DNA of 64,000 nucleotides, taken from assembly GCA_009773755.1 (NCBI GenBank), contig WSZJ01000001.1, positions 17,158-81,157 on the forward strand, in the 5' to 3' direction. Below, piece by piece: positions 19,877 through 30,222 of the stretch. Made by a program: the position numbers and the translations under genes. This stretch comes from Planctomycetota bacterium. GTDB lineage: Bacteria; Planctomycetota; MHYJ01; WSZJ01. The notes below the pieces were generated by a model. It made no database searches, had not been told where the DNA came from, and saw only the letters and a list, made by a program, of their open reading frames with translations. Numbering within the stretch: position 1 is the first letter of the stretch; every line of letters starts with the position of its first letter.

Positions 19877-21400
19877 ATGCGCTTCCCGTTCGTAGCCACC
19901 GCTCTCCTCGCCACCGCACTGACGGCGGCTGCCGAAAGCGCGACCAACATCAAGGCGCCGGCCGCGCAGGGCATCGAGGTGTACGGGGACCTCTTCATCA
20001 AGTCGTTCGGGCGTTCAACGGCGATGAACGAGGCGCTCGACCGGGAATTCCTCGGCGGGAACCGGTCGGACAGCGACACGGGGGGCTACCTGACGGCGCG
20101 GATCGGGCTGCGCGTGCTGCTGGAGAAGCGCGTGTCGGTCGTGCTGGAGTTTGAGAACCGCGAGATGAACCGGATGGGCGAGGGGACGCAGGCGGTGGCG
20201 AGCCTGTGGGGGGGAGAGGACAATCTCGACTTCGATGTCCGGTTCGGGCAGGCGTACGTGAACATCCAGGATGTGTTCATCGAGGGGTTGAGCTTCCGCG
20301 CGGGGATCCAGGATTTCAAGGTGGACCCGGCCGGGACGGGGAACCCGTTCTTCATGGACTTGCGCAGGAGCGAGTCGCCGTTCTGGACGTCGGTGCAGGA
20401 AGGGCAGCTGGTGCAGGGGAACGCGGCGGCGGGTTTCAACGGGCTGCTTTCGACGGACGGTTTGTTCAAGGACCGGCAGTACGACGCGGGCGGGTTCAAG
20501 ATCGGCTACGCGCTGAACGAGAACGTCGAAGTGTCGTCGTTCCTGTTCACGACGTTCGAGGGCGGGCCGGCGCACGACGACCAGCTGCTCTACGGCGCGC
20601 GCTTCGACATGAACTTTCTCGACAAGGACAAGCCGTCGAACCTCGTGCTGATCGCGACGATGTTCACCAACGGCGGCAACCGGCACCGGGTGCTCACCTA
20701 CGGCGGCGGCACAGGGGTGCGCTTCAAGGACTTCACGTTCCACCTCGAGGGGTACGGCCAGTTCGGCGAGTTCGGCGAGTTCGATTCCGGCGCGGACGAG
20801 GACGTCGAGCGGCAGGTGGGCTGGGCCGGGATCCTCGGGGTTTATTACCGGCCGGAGGTCAGCATGGAGGCGAAGGATGCGAAGCCGCTGACGCCGTTCT
20901 TCTCGGTGAGCGGCCGGATCCTGAGCGGCGACGACGGGCAGAACGCGATCGCGGACGGGACCGGGACGTCGCCGCGGAGCCGCAAGAACCGGGACTTCAT
21001 CAGCATGGAGGGGAACAACGAGCTGATGATTCTCGAGGACGACGTGCTCGGGCTCGACGTCGATTCGAATTACGCTTCGATCCGCGTCGGCGGCGGCGTG
21101 CGGCTGAGCCTGCTCTCCCCCGCGGACTTCGAGGTCGGCGCAACCTACGCGTACAACCGCTGCCTGAAGACGGTGAACTTCGGCATCGGCGGCGCGGATT
21201 CATGGAAGACGCTCGGGCACGAAGTCGACGTGAAGCTGCGCTGGCACCAGTCGGAGCTGGTCACGTTCGCGACGGGATTCGGGTTGCTGTGGGACGCGGA
21301 TCATTTCGGCACGCGCAAGAACAGCGTCGACGACCTGGGGTTCCGGACGGGCAATACCAGGATGTGGATGTGGACCTTCGAGGTCGGCGTGACGTTTTAG
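19877..21400 (+). CDS. Outer-membrane beta-barrel protein (porin-like)
   Basis: Signal peptide MRFPFVATALLATALTAAA. The sequence has alternating amphipathic beta-strand character and ends in an aromatic residue (…FEVGVTF). Confidence 0.7.
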   Translation: MRFPFVATALLATALTAAAESATNIKAPAAQGIEVYGDLFIKSFGRSTAMNEALDREFLGGNRSDSDTGGYLTARIGLRVLLEKRVSVVLEFENREMNRMGEGTQAVASLWGGEDNLDFDVRFGQAYVNIQDVFIEGLSFRAGIQDFKVDPAGTGNPFFMDLRRSESPFWTSVQEGQLVQGNAAAGFNGLLSTDGLFKDRQYDAGGFKIGYALNENVEVSSFLFTTFEGGPAHDDQLLYGARFDMNFLDKDKPSNLVLIATMFTNGGNRHRVLTYGGGTGVRFKDFTFHLEGYGQFGEFGEFDSGADEDVERQVGWAGILGVYYRPEVSMEAKDAKPLTPFFSVSGRILSGDDGQNAIADGTGTSPRSRKNRDFISMEGNNELMILEDDVLGLDVDSNYASIRVGGGVRLSLLSPADFEVGATYAYNRCLKTVNFGIGGADSWKTLGHEVDVKLRWHQSELVTFATGFGLLWDADHFGTRKNSVDDLGFRTGNTRMWMWTFEVGVTF

Positions 21401-21447
21401 CCGGGAAAAAGCAACTTCAACGTTTCAACTACAAGCAACTTCAAACA

Positions 21448-22923
21448 GTGAACTTCAACTTCAATCCTCTGCTCATTGCGCTGGCGACCCTCGTTGCGTC
21501 CGACGCCTTCGCGCAATCTCCGGAAGCAGCGAAAGAAGCGGAAGATCGCCTCCGCATCGACTTCTTCATCGACGCGGAACTCTCGGGCGCCTACCGCAGC
21601 CACGCGATCACTCGCATCCTCGACCGCGACAACAACACGGACTCCGAGGCTTTTCTCGCGCCGAGGCTCACGATCCGCGCGGAAGCGCGCCTGCCGAAAT
21701 CCGCCGAAGTGGTGGTTGAAATCGAAAACGCGCGCCTGCGCTCCAACCTCTTCGACAGCGACACGTGGGGGACGGACGCCAATCGCGTCATTCCCGGGCG
21801 CGCGGACGATTTCGAAGCGCTCGTCGAGCAGGCCTACATCCGCGTCGACAACCTCTTCTGGAACCAGCTCTCGGTGAAGATCGGGCTGCAGGATTTCGCG
21901 CTCGCCCTGCGCGGGCCGGGGGACTCGTTTTTTGCGGACCTGCAGGAAAGCGAATTCGCGCTCGTTTCGCCGGTCGCGGAATCGGTCACGACGGGAAGCC
22001 TGTACGGCATGCGGGCGCCGGACGGGACGACGCCGGCGACCGCGGGAGTTTTCCGTGACCGCGCGGACGCCGGCGGAGCGCGGCTGACGTGGAACGTCGC
22101 GCAGAAGTCGCTGTTGTTCGTCGACGCGTTCTGGTTCACGACGCTGGAAGGCGGCGTGCGGCACGCGGACGAGCGGTTCTACGGGTTGAACGCGGATTTC
22201 CTGATTCCGATCACGGAAGACCGGCCTTCGCTCGTCAACGTGATGTTCTCCGGGATCGACAACGACCGCGCCGGCTCGCAGATCTGGACGGGCGGCCTCG
22301 GCCTCGATTTCTCGCCGATGGCGCCCGTGGGCCTCGACATCTACCTGGAGCTCTACGGACAGTGGGGACACTATGCCGACACGCCGGCTCACGGCGTGCA
22401 CCAGCGCGCGTTCGCCGGCCGCGCCGGCGTCAAGCTGCCGCTCCCCCTCCCGCTCAAGCCCGCCATCGAGGGCTCCGTCTGGCTCCTGTCCGGCGATCGC
22501 GGCGACCCCGACGACAGCACCAACCGCGATTTCGTCTCCTACGAAAACATCAACGAGGCCCTCGTCGTCGAGGACGCCCTCTACGGCCTCGACATCGACT
22601 CCAACTATTTTTCCCCGCGCCTCCGCGCCACGGCGACCGCGAAGCTCTTCAACCCCGACGATCTCCACATCGAACTTCTCTACGCGTGGTTCCGCTTTCA
22701 TCGCGAACCCGCCCGCGCCGGCGGCCCGGGCCGCTCCGACCCGGCAAGAAAGATCGGCCACGAAATCGACCTGCGCGCGCGCTTCGAATTCTCCGAGCAC
22801 GCTTCGTTCTCGATCTTCGCCGGCGCTCTGCTCGACTCGCCCTGGCTCGCGGCGAGGGATGCGTTCTACACACGGACGAGAAGAGCGTTCATCGGCGGCG
22901 TGCAGCTGAACGTCGGCTTCTGA
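21448..22923 (+). CDS. Outer-membrane beta-barrel protein, paralog of 19877-21400
   Basis: A GTG start at 21448 (VNFNFNPLLIALATLVASDAFAQ signal). Segments shared with the upstream paralog include VNIQDVF/IRVDNLF and a C-terminal aromatic (…GGVQLNVGF). Confidence 0.65.
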   Translation: MNFNFNPLLIALATLVASDAFAQSPEAAKEAEDRLRIDFFIDAELSGAYRSHAITRILDRDNNTDSEAFLAPRLTIRAEARLPKSAEVVVEIENARLRSNLFDSDTWGTDANRVIPGRADDFEALVEQAYIRVDNLFWNQLSVKIGLQDFALALRGPGDSFFADLQESEFALVSPVAESVTTGSLYGMRAPDGTTPATAGVFRDRADAGGARLTWNVAQKSLLFVDAFWFTTLEGGVRHADERFYGLNADFLIPITEDRPSLVNVMFSGIDNDRAGSQIWTGGLGLDFSPMAPVGLDIYLELYGQWGHYADTPAHGVHQRAFAGRAGVKLPLPLPLKPAIEGSVWLLSGDRGDPDDSTNRDFVSYENINEALVVEDALYGLDIDSNYFSPRLRATATAKLFNPDDLHIELLYAWFRFHREPARAGGPGRSDPARKIGHEIDLRARFEFSEHASFSIFAGALLDSPWLAARDAFYTRTRRAFIGGVQLNVGF

Positions 22924-22927
22924 GAAG

Positions 22928-24430
22928 CTACTTCGGAAGCGCCTTCTCCGCCTCCGGGATTCCGGGCGCATCCGGCGCGAGCGCTTTCGCCGTCGCAAGC
23001 CAGGCACCCGCCGCCGCAGGCGTTTTCCCGGCGCTCTCGAGCGCCAGCTTCGCGTACCGGGAAGCGTTTTCCCGCAGCACAATTGCCTTTGCCCCCAGCG
23101 CACGAAGCTCCTCGACGCGCGACCAGCGCACGCCGATATCGCTTCCGTCGCTTCCCGCCCCGCGCGCCGGGCTTCCTTCACCCAGCCGGTAATTGCCGTC
23201 TTGCCGCGCCACGAAGCGCGGGTCCGCTTCCAGCGCCTTCGTGAAAATCCACTTCATCTCGATCACGCCGGACTTCTGGCCTTCGCGAAGTTCCGCGAGC
23301 GAAGCGCATTTGTTCTGAACGATTCCCGCGAAGTTCTCGCAGTCCCACGCGAGAGCGCGCTCGATCGACCCGCCCCAGCAGAACCAGCGGTAGGCCAGCC
23401 CCGGGCGCACTCCGACGACGATGTTGTCCTCGAAGCGCCCGCCTCCGCCCTTTACGTACAGCCCGAATACGGCCCCGCCCACGATCGTGTTGTGGCCGAT
23501 TTCGGCTTCCTTCACTTCGCCGGAGACGATTCCGGATGAAGTGCCGATTTTCTGGGAGGTCCCGCAGTCGACGGTGAGACAGTCCGTTACGGATATCCCC
23601 GCGGCGTTCTCCACTGCGAAGCCCGTTTCGGGAGTGTCGCGGGCCTCGCAGGCTTCGAAGCGCACGCGGTCGGCGTTGGCGTGGAAGGCGCAGCGTTCGC
23701 CTCGTTCGGCCCGGCAGAGGAGAACGCGGCAGTCGGCGGCGTCAATGTTGAAAACGGTCCAGGCGGCGTCGCGGCCGGAGACGCCGACGGCAAGCCCGCG
23801 AGGCGACGCGGCAACATCGAAGGCGACGTTGCTTGAACCGTTCACTTCCACGTCGCGCGCGAGCCAGTCTTCGCAGCCGCCCAGGTGGACTCCGTGGCCG
23901 GGAGCCTTCGTGATGAGGACTCGCGAGATCGACGGCCGCAGGGAATTCCTGATCCAGAAACCCGAACACTGCTGCGACTCTCCCCTTGCGACCGCAACAT
24001 CGCGGACGCGGAGACCGTGCGCTCCGTCCGCGAGAAAGGCGGCCCAGCGACGGTCGGACTGCGGCACAAAGGTCGCCGTCGCGCCTTCCGCAGATCGGAT
24101 CAGCAGTCCCGGCAGGACGAGTTTCGGAAGCGACCAGGTCCCCGTTCCGAATTCGAGCGTGTTCCCGGCGCGAACGCCGGCGAGGTCCAGCGCGACCACG
24201 GCCATCGACTCCGCGGGCGCCTCGTACTTCCGCAAGCGATGCTCCAGCTGAACTTCCGCCATGCGTGCAACACGCAGGAAAATGACCCGCACCGCGCGCC
24301 CGCCCGAACTGAGCACGACCATGTGGTCCCCGAACGGAATGTCGAGATGCACAATCGGCGCAGCACCGACGCGCGCGCACAGCCCCGCTGTTCGCGCGAC
24401 TTCAATCCCTGGAAATAAATACCTCTTCAT
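22928..24430 (-). CDS. Right-handed parallel beta-helix repeat protein (pectate-lyase/NosD-like fold)
   Basis: Repeated Gly/Asn-rich beta-helix rungs (NTIVGGAVFGLYVKGGGG, NIVVGVRPG, VENAAGISVTDCL). The start is uncertain: MKRYLF at 24430 or a downstream Met. Confidence 0.6.
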   Translation of the reverse strand: MKRYLFPGIEVARTAGLCARVGAAPIVHLDIPFGDHMVVLSSGGRAVRVIFLRVARMAEVQLEHRLRKYEAPAESMAVVALDLAGVRAGNTLEFGTGTWSLPKLVLPGLLIRSAEGATATFVPQSDRRWAAFLADGAHGLRVRDVAVARGESQQCSGFWIRNSLRPSISRVLITKAPGHGVHLGGCEDWLARDVEVNGSSNVAFDVAASPRGLAVGVSGRDAAWTVFNIDAADCRVLLCRAERGERCAFHANADRVRFEACEARDTPETGFAVENAAGISVTDCLTVDCGTSQKIGTSSGIVSGEVKEAEIGHNTIVGGAVFGLYVKGGGGRFEDNIVVGVRPGLAYRWFCWGGSIERALAWDCENFAGIVQNKCASLAELREGQKSGVIEMKWIFTKALEADPRFVARQDGNYRLGEGSPARGAGSDGSDIGVRWSRVEELRALGAKAIVLRENASRYAKLALESAGKTPAAAGAWLATAKALAPDAPGIPEAEKALPK

Positions 24431-25979
24431 CCCACACCACACCGGGCACGCACGGCCCCATGTCGACGTCCACTCCCGAGTCGGTCGATACCACGCTCAG
24501 TATCGCGGTCCCCGCTACTCGCCGGGCGAGCGGCCCGAACCCCGGGTTCGCGCGCACGTCCGAGAACGCCGAAAGCACCGCCTTCGCCCCTTCCCAGTTG
24601 TCCTGCGCCGCGAGCGCATCCACCTGCGCCGTCGCGTGGGAGAAGCGGATCTCCGCGCGCGCGGCCGAGGCTTCGGGGAGCGATGCTTCCAGCGCTTCGG
24701 AAAGCCCCAGCGCGACGTACGACTCGTCGAAGCGGCCTTCTTTCGAGAGCCGCAGCGCTTCCGCAGCGTGGCCGCGCGCCTTGCCGAGCCGGTCGCGACG
24801 CGCATCCATGGACCTCCAGATCGAACCGCCCCCGGCCGCTCCGACGGCCAGCAGGCAGACGCACGCCGCGAGCACGCCCGCGCGATGGCGCTGCGCGAAT
24901 CGCGTCGCCCGATAAACGTACGACGGCGGCGCCGCCCGGATCGCTTCGCCCCGCAGGTACCGGTCGATGTCGTCGGCCAGTTCGCGGGCCGTCTGGTAAC
25001 GCCGCTCCTTTTCGCGCGCGAGCGCCTTCCCCACGATGATTTCGACATCGCGGTGAAGCCCGGCCCGGAGGGTCCGCATCGGCCGCGCGTCCGTCGTGCG
25101 GATATTCGTGAGGACGTCGGCGATCGTTGCGCCGCCGAAGGGCATGTCGCCGGTGAGCGCGTGGTAGGCCACGGCGCCGAGCGAGAATACGTCACTGCGC
25201 GCGTCGATTTCGGACGTCTTCCCCGCCGCCTGCTCCGGCGACATGTACCCCGGCGTCCCGAGCAGGTTCCCCGAAACCGTGAGGGAACTCTCGACCGACA
25301 GGTCCTTCGCCAGCCCGAAGTCCGAGAGCTTCACGCGTTCGAGCGGCGCCGAGGCGTCCGCCGACCGCTCCAGCCCGCTGGATGTCACCGTCAACCCCGC
25401 CATCAGGATATTCCCGGGCTTGACGTCCCGGTGAATGATCCCCTTCTCGTGCGCAAACTGAAGCGCCCGCGCCACTTCGCGCACCACCCGCAGCGCCTGC
25501 ATCGGAGGCAGCGGCCCGTCGCGCTTGATCAGCCGGTCGAGCGCGATCCCCTCGACGTACTCCATCGCGAAGTAATGGACCCCGCGCTCCTCGCCGACGT
25601 CGAAGATCTGCACGATCCCCGGATGCTGCAGCGCGGCCGCGGCGCGCGCTTCGCCGGTGAAGCGCACGATCTGTTCTTCGGAAGCTCCCTCGCCGGCCAG
25701 CAGCACTTTCAGCGCGACGACCCGGTTCAACTTCGCTTCGCGCGCCCGGTACACGACGCCCATCCCGCCACGCGCGATCTCGCCGAGAATCTCGTACTTT
25801 CCGAACGATTTCGGCTGTGCCGCCCCGGGCACCGGCTCGCCGGCCACCGGGCCGTCGGCCGCGCGAGTCTTCTCGAACGCCTCCTTCGATCTGGACATCA
25901 GCGTCCGCGCCACGTCCTCAGGCGTGGCCTTTCCTTCGCGCAGGAGCCGCGCGGCTTCTTCGAGGTCTTCTGGTTTCAT
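24402..25979 (-). CDS. Ser/Thr protein kinase with a C-terminal TM segment and an extracytoplasmic domain
   Basis: Kinase motifs GEIARGGMGVVYRA, VALKVL, HRDVKPGNIL, DFGLA and SPEQ. A TM helix VLAACVCLLAVGAAGGGSIW follows. Confidence 0.9.
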   Translation of the reverse strand: MKPEDLEEAARLLREGKATPEDVARTLMSRSKEAFEKTRAADGPVAGEPVPGAAQPKSFGKYEILGEIARGGMGVVYRAREAKLNRVVALKVLLAGEGASEEQIVRFTGEARAAAALQHPGIVQIFDVGEERGVHYFAMEYVEGIALDRLIKRDGPLPPMQALRVVREVARALQFAHEKGIIHRDVKPGNILMAGLTVTSSGLERSADASAPLERVKLSDFGLAKDLSVESSLTVSGNLLGTPGYMSPEQAAGKTSEIDARSDVFSLGAVAYHALTGDMPFGGATIADVLTNIRTTDARPMRTLRAGLHRDVEIIVGKALAREKERRYQTARELADDIDRYLRGEAIRAAPPSYVYRATRFAQRHRAGVLAACVCLLAVGAAGGGSIWRSMDARRDRLGKARGHAAEALRLSKEGRFDESYVALGLSEALEASLPEASAARAEIRFSHATAQVDALAAQDNWEGAKAVLSAFSDVRANPGFGPLARRVAGTAILSVVSTDSGVDVDMGPCVPGVVWDEEVFISRD

Positions 25980-26083
25980 CGTGCGTTGGAGATTATGCCG
26001 TAGCGGGACCGGGATCTGCGCCTTGAAGCGCCCCCACCCCCTCTTCTAAGCTGTCTGTACTTCCCCGTTTCCCGGAGTTCGGC

Positions 26084-26968
26084 GTGCGCCGCTTCGCCCT
26101 CGCGATTGCCGCTTTCTCGCTGTCGCTCTGCGCCGACGACAAGCCGGATCTCCGCCAGGAGTCCGCCGACAAGATTGCCGCCAAGGTCGCGAAGATGGAA
26201 TTCGACGGCGCCGAGCCTGAAAAGTTCTCGGACAAGATCCAGGCGATGTCGGACGAATTCAGCGCCGCAAACGCTCCCGCGGGCGAGGCGCTTGCGATCG
26301 CCAGCTCGGACGGCAAAGTCATTCTCGTGGTGGGCGGAAAGGGCGCGAAAGACGGCCTCACTGTGGCGGTGGCGACGCCCCCGAAGGGCCGCAAAGTGCT
26401 TCTGCGGGGCGGGGACGGCGGAACTGGCGGTCGCGCGGGCCGATCGGCGCTCTGGATTGAGAGCGGTGCGGGCACCACATGGTGCCATAGCCCCCAAAAC
26501 GGTGCGCGTGGCGAACGCGAAGACGCCTTCTACGTCACCGTCACTCAGCCTGGAGCGGGCTATTGGGTCTCGGGCTCGACCGGTGCGAACGGAACGGATG
26601 CCGAAGAGGGCGGTCAGGACGACCTGGTCCCTAAGGACGACGTCAAGGCGGTCGCGGACGCCGTGGAAAAGGTGAATGCTGCGTGGGAGAACGAGGCAAA
26701 GCGCAAGACCGAAATCGAAGAGCTTTCGAAGCACCGGCCGACGCGCGGCGTCATCGCGGCGTTTTCAACCGACGGAAAGCTCCTTGTCCTCATCGGCGCC
26801 AGCGGAAACGACCGCAATCCGGACGGAGCCTCCGTCGAGCTCGCGGGAAAGGTGGCCGAGAGGATGGTGGCCATCGCGGGAAGCGCAGGGAAAGGCGGAA
26901 AGCCTGGCGTCGCCATAGCCCCTCAGGGAGCCGTCACGATAGACGAGGTCGAGCGTCGAGAGGAATGA
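26084..26968 (+). CDS. Secreted hypothetical protein (paralog A)
   Basis: Signal peptide MRRFALAIAAFSLSLCADD. It has Gly-rich segments and the motif GKLLVLIGASGNDRNPDGASVELAGK. Confidence 0.6.
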   Translation: MRRFALAIAAFSLSLCADDKPDLRQESADKIAAKVAKMEFDGAEPEKFSDKIQAMSDEFSAANAPAGEALAIASSDGKVILVVGGKGAKDGLTVAVATPPKGRKVLLRGGDGGTGGRAGRSALWIESGAGTTWCHSPQNGARGEREDAFYVTVTQPGAGYWVSGSTGANGTDAEEGGQDDLVPKDDVKAVADAVEKVNAAWENEAKRKTEIEELSKHRPTRGVIAAFSTDGKLLVLIGASGNDRNPDGASVELAGKVAERMVAIAGSAGKGGKPGVAIAPQGAVTIDEVERREE

Positions 26969-27045
26969 CCTCCTGCGCCCGTCTGCGCCTTGCAGCGACG
27001 CAGGAGAGTTTCTAAGCTGCTTTCTTCATCTTCCAAGAGGCCTCG

Positions 27046-27903
27046 ATGCGCCGCTTCGCACTCGCTTTCACGCTCTTCGCCTTCTCCGTCCGCGCGGATG
27101 ATGACGCCGAAAAGAGGCAGAAGGTCGTTGACAAGGTCGCGGAACACATGAAGCGCATCAAGACGGCGCCCGTCGACGAGCGCAAGGTCCGCGAGGGCGA
27201 GGTGAAGGACACGCTCGACCGCTGGGGGAGCACCTGGGCCGGCGCGAGCGGCGCGCTCGTGATCGCCAGCACCGACGAAAGCGCCGTCCTGATCGTGGGC
27301 GGCACGTGCGAAAAGGACGGCGTCAGCGTGGTGGTCGCCGCGCCGCCGAAGGGACTGCCGGTGCGACTCCGGGGAGGAGACGGCGGCGAAACGGGAAAGG
27401 CGGGGCGCTCGGCAGCCTGGAGGGACGGCGCTTACTCCGGGGAAAGCGGCGGGAACGGTGAGGGAGAAAGAGGCGGACGCGGTGGCTCGTTCGCGGTCTC
27501 CGCCGCCGGCGCCTCGGCTTCCGGCGCGACCGGCGCCAACGGCAAGAAGGCGGAGGCCGGCGGAGAAGACGACCTCCCGGACGCCGAGAGCGTCAAGTCG
27601 GTTGCAGAAAGCACCGACGCGCTTCAGGCCGTCTGGGACAACGAGGACAAGCGCAAGGCGGTTCTCATTGCGCTCGCCGGGCACCGGCCGGCACGCGGCG
27701 CGGTGGCCTGCTGGTCCAAGGACGGCAAACTGCTCGTCCTCATCGGCGCCAATGGCGACGACCGTAACCCGGACGGCGTCTCGGTGGAGGTCGCGGGAAA
27801 GCCGGCCGAGCGAATCGTGGCGATCGCGGGCAATCCGGGAACGAACGGCAAGCCCGGCACCGCAAAGGCGCCGGAAGGATCTGTGACGGTGAACGGCAAG
27901 TAG
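27046..27903 (+). CDS. Secreted hypothetical protein (paralog B, tandem duplicate of 26084-26968)
   Basis: Signal peptide MRRFALAFTLFAFSVRADDD. Blocks shared with paralog A are GKLLVLIGANGDDRNPDGVSVEVAGKPAERIVAIAG and VLLRGGDGG. Both genes are preceded by a ttctaagctg motif. Confidence 0.6.
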   Translation: MRRFALAFTLFAFSVRADDDAEKRQKVVDKVAEHMKRIKTAPVDERKVREGEVKDTLDRWGSTWAGASGALVIASTDESAVLIVGGTCEKDGVSVVVAAPPKGLPVRLRGGDGGETGKAGRSAAWRDGAYSGESGGNGEGERGGRGGSFAVSAAGASASGATGANGKKAEAGGEDDLPDAESVKSVAESTDALQAVWDNEDKRKAVLIALAGHRPARGAVACWSKDGKLLVLIGANGDDRNPDGVSVEVAGKPAERIVAIAGNPGTNGKPGTAKAPEGSVTVNGK

Positions 27904-27937
27904 CGCTTCGCGGCCTGCATCGCTAACGTGGGCGCCC

Positions 27938-28447
27938 ATGCGCCTCGGCCTTGGCTTCGACATCCACCGTCTGGTCCCCGGTCGCCCCTTCATTCTCGGC
28001 GGCGTGACGTTCGACCACCCGCGCGGCCCCTCCGGCCACTCCGACGGGGATGTCCTGCTCCACGCGCTCGTCGACGCCCTCCTCGGCGCGGCGGCCCTCG
28101 GCGACATCGGCGACCACTTCCCCGACACCGACCCGAAGTGGAAGGGCACTGCGGGGAGCGTCTTCGTCATTGAGACGCTGGCGCTTCTTGCGAAACGAAA
28201 GCTCTTTCCCGTCCAGGTGGACTCGACGGTGTTCCTGGAAGTGCCGAAGCTGGGGAAGAAGAAGCGCGAGCTGGCGGAGGCCCTGGCCAGCCTGCTCGAC
28301 ATTTCTCCGGACCGAACCTCCGTGAAGGCCAAAACGATGGAAGGACTTGGCGCGATCGGGGCGGGCGAGGCGGTGGCGGCGCAGGTGCTGGTGGTGGTGG
28401 AGGAGCGGATTGCGAAGGGCGGCACGACGAAACGGAGGGCGAAGTAA
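27938..28447 (+). CDS. ispF: 2-C-methyl-D-erythritol 2,4-cyclodiphosphate synthase
   Basis: An IspF signature is present (MRLGLGFDIHRL...GHSDGDVLLHALVDALLGAAALGDIGDHFPDTDPKWKG). Confidence 0.9.
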   Translation: MRLGLGFDIHRLVPGRPFILGGVTFDHPRGPSGHSDGDVLLHALVDALLGAAALGDIGDHFPDTDPKWKGTAGSVFVIETLALLAKRKLFPVQVDSTVFLEVPKLGKKKRELAEALASLLDISPDRTSVKAKTMEGLGAIGAGEAVAAQVLVVVEERIAKGGTTKRRAK

Positions 28448-29857
28448 GTGGCGATCCAGTTCTACAACACGCTGACGAAGAAGAAGGAAGAGTTCGCGCC
28501 GCAGGAGAAGGGCGTGGTCCGCATGTACAACTGCGGGCCGACGGTGTACTCGTACCCTCACATCGGGAATTTCCGGGCGTTCGTCTTCGCGGACGTGCTG
28601 CGGCGCTACCTCGAGTACCGCGGGTTCGACGTGAAGCAGGTGATGAACATCACCGACGTCGGGCACATCACGCACGATGCGGACGAGGGCGAGGACAAGA
28701 TGGAGCTGCAGGCGAAGAAGGAGAAGCGGGATCCCTGGCAGATTGCGGCGCACTACGGCGGGATCTTTCTCGACCTGCGCAAGCAGCTCGGCTTCGCGGA
28801 CGCGCTCGCGCACCCGAAGGCGACCGATCACATCCCCGAGATGCTCGCGATGATCGAGAAACTGATCGAGAAGGGGCACGCGTACGTCGTCGGGCACAAC
28901 GTGTACTACAGCGTGGCGTCGTTTCCGAATTACGGAAAGCTCAGCGGCAACATCACCGAGGACCTGGAGGCCGGCGCGCGGATCGAGCCGCACCCGGACA
29001 AGAAGGATCCGCGCGACTTCGCGCTCTGGAAGCACGACCCGCACCACGTCATGCAATGGGACTCGCCATGGGGAAAGGGCTTCCCGGGCTGGCACATCGA
29101 GTGCAGCGCGATGTCGATGAAATACCTCGGAGAGACGCTCGACATCCACACCGGCGGCGAGGACAACATCTTTCCGCACCACGAATGCGAAATCGCGCAG
29201 AGCGAGGCCGCCAACGGGAAGTTGTTCTGCAAAATGTGGATGCACGCGCGCTTCCTGCTCGTCGACGGCCAGAAAATGTCGAAGTCGCTGGGGAACTTCT
29301 ACACCGTCGAGGACGTCTTCAAGCACGGCGTCACGGCGCCCGCGCTTCGCTGGGGCCTCGCCACGTCGCACTACCGCCAGCAGATGAACTTTTCCTGGGA
29401 GAGCATGCAGGTCGCGCAGGGGTCGGTCGACAAGCTGATCGAGTTCCGGCGGCGGCTTTCGGACGCGCACGGAGCGGCGACTCTGGAGCTTGTCAAGCCG
29501 ATCGTCGAAAAGGCGCGCAAGGACTTCGAGAGGGGGATGGACGACGACCTGAACGTCTCCGAAGCAACCGCGGCGTTGTTCACGCTCGCCCGCGAAGTCA
29601 ACCGCCTCGACCCGAATCCCCAGGCGGCTGCATTCGTGCGCGACGCGTTCGACAAGCTGGACACGGTGTTCAACATCGGCAGCGCGCTTCCGGACGTCTT
29701 CACGCCCGAGGAGCAGAGGCTCCTCGACGCCCGCGCCGCTGCCCGCGCTTCGAAGAACTGGGACGACTCAGACCGCCTCCGGAAGGAGCTCGAGGCGAAG
29801 GGCGTCCTCGTCGAGGACTCGCCGCGCGGCCAGCGGCCCCGGCGGGCGCGGAAATGA
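28448..29857 (+). CDS. cysS: Cysteine--tRNA ligase
   Basis: HIGH (PHIGN) and KMSKS motifs and the class I aaRS pattern. It has a GTG start. Confidence 0.95.
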   Translation: MAIQFYNTLTKKKEEFAPQEKGVVRMYNCGPTVYSYPHIGNFRAFVFADVLRRYLEYRGFDVKQVMNITDVGHITHDADEGEDKMELQAKKEKRDPWQIAAHYGGIFLDLRKQLGFADALAHPKATDHIPEMLAMIEKLIEKGHAYVVGHNVYYSVASFPNYGKLSGNITEDLEAGARIEPHPDKKDPRDFALWKHDPHHVMQWDSPWGKGFPGWHIECSAMSMKYLGETLDIHTGGEDNIFPHHECEIAQSEAANGKLFCKMWMHARFLLVDGQKMSKSLGNFYTVEDVFKHGVTAPALRWGLATSHYRQQMNFSWESMQVAQGSVDKLIEFRRRLSDAHGAATLELVKPIVEKARKDFERGMDDDLNVSEATAALFTLAREVNRLDPNPQAAAFVRDAFDKLDTVFNIGSALPDVFTPEEQRLLDARAAARASKNWDDSDRLRKELEAKGVLVEDSPRGQRPRRARK

Positions 29858-30222
29858 GCGTCGAATTCATCGCACTCTTTGAGGGGATGCGGGCGAACCC
29901 CGACGCCTGCGCTGCCGCGAAGAAGTCAGGCGTCGTGCTTCAATTCCGGCTGCTGGCGCCGGTAGCGTTCGTCGTCCTCGACTTGTCTGTCGAACCGTTC
30001 AGCGTCTCCACCGGGGAACATGCGGAACCCGGAGTGGAACTGACGCTCACGGTCGCCGCGGCCCACGAACTGCTCTCAGGCCGCCTCGCGGTCGCGCAAG
30101 CCGCCGCCACCGGCGCCGTGCGCGCACGGGGCGGCGTGCTGAAACTGCTCGCGCTTCAGCCCTTCCTTGGCGCCGCCAAAGAGGCCTACGCGTCCAGATC
30201 CGGCGGGACTACGAGCCGGTGA
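29854..30222 (+). CDS. SCP2 sterol-binding-domain protein
   Basis: A 122-aa protein, MSVEFIALFEGMRANPDA...LTLTVAAAHELLSGRLAVAQAAATGAVRARGGVLKLLALQPF. It has an ATGA overlap with the cysS stop. Confidence 0.65.
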   Translation: MSVEFIALFEGMRANPDACAAAKKSGVVLQFRLLAPVAFVVLDLSVEPFSVSTGEHAEPGVELTLTVAAAHELLSGRLAVAQAAATGAVRARGGVLKLLALQPFLGAAKEAYASRSGGTTSR

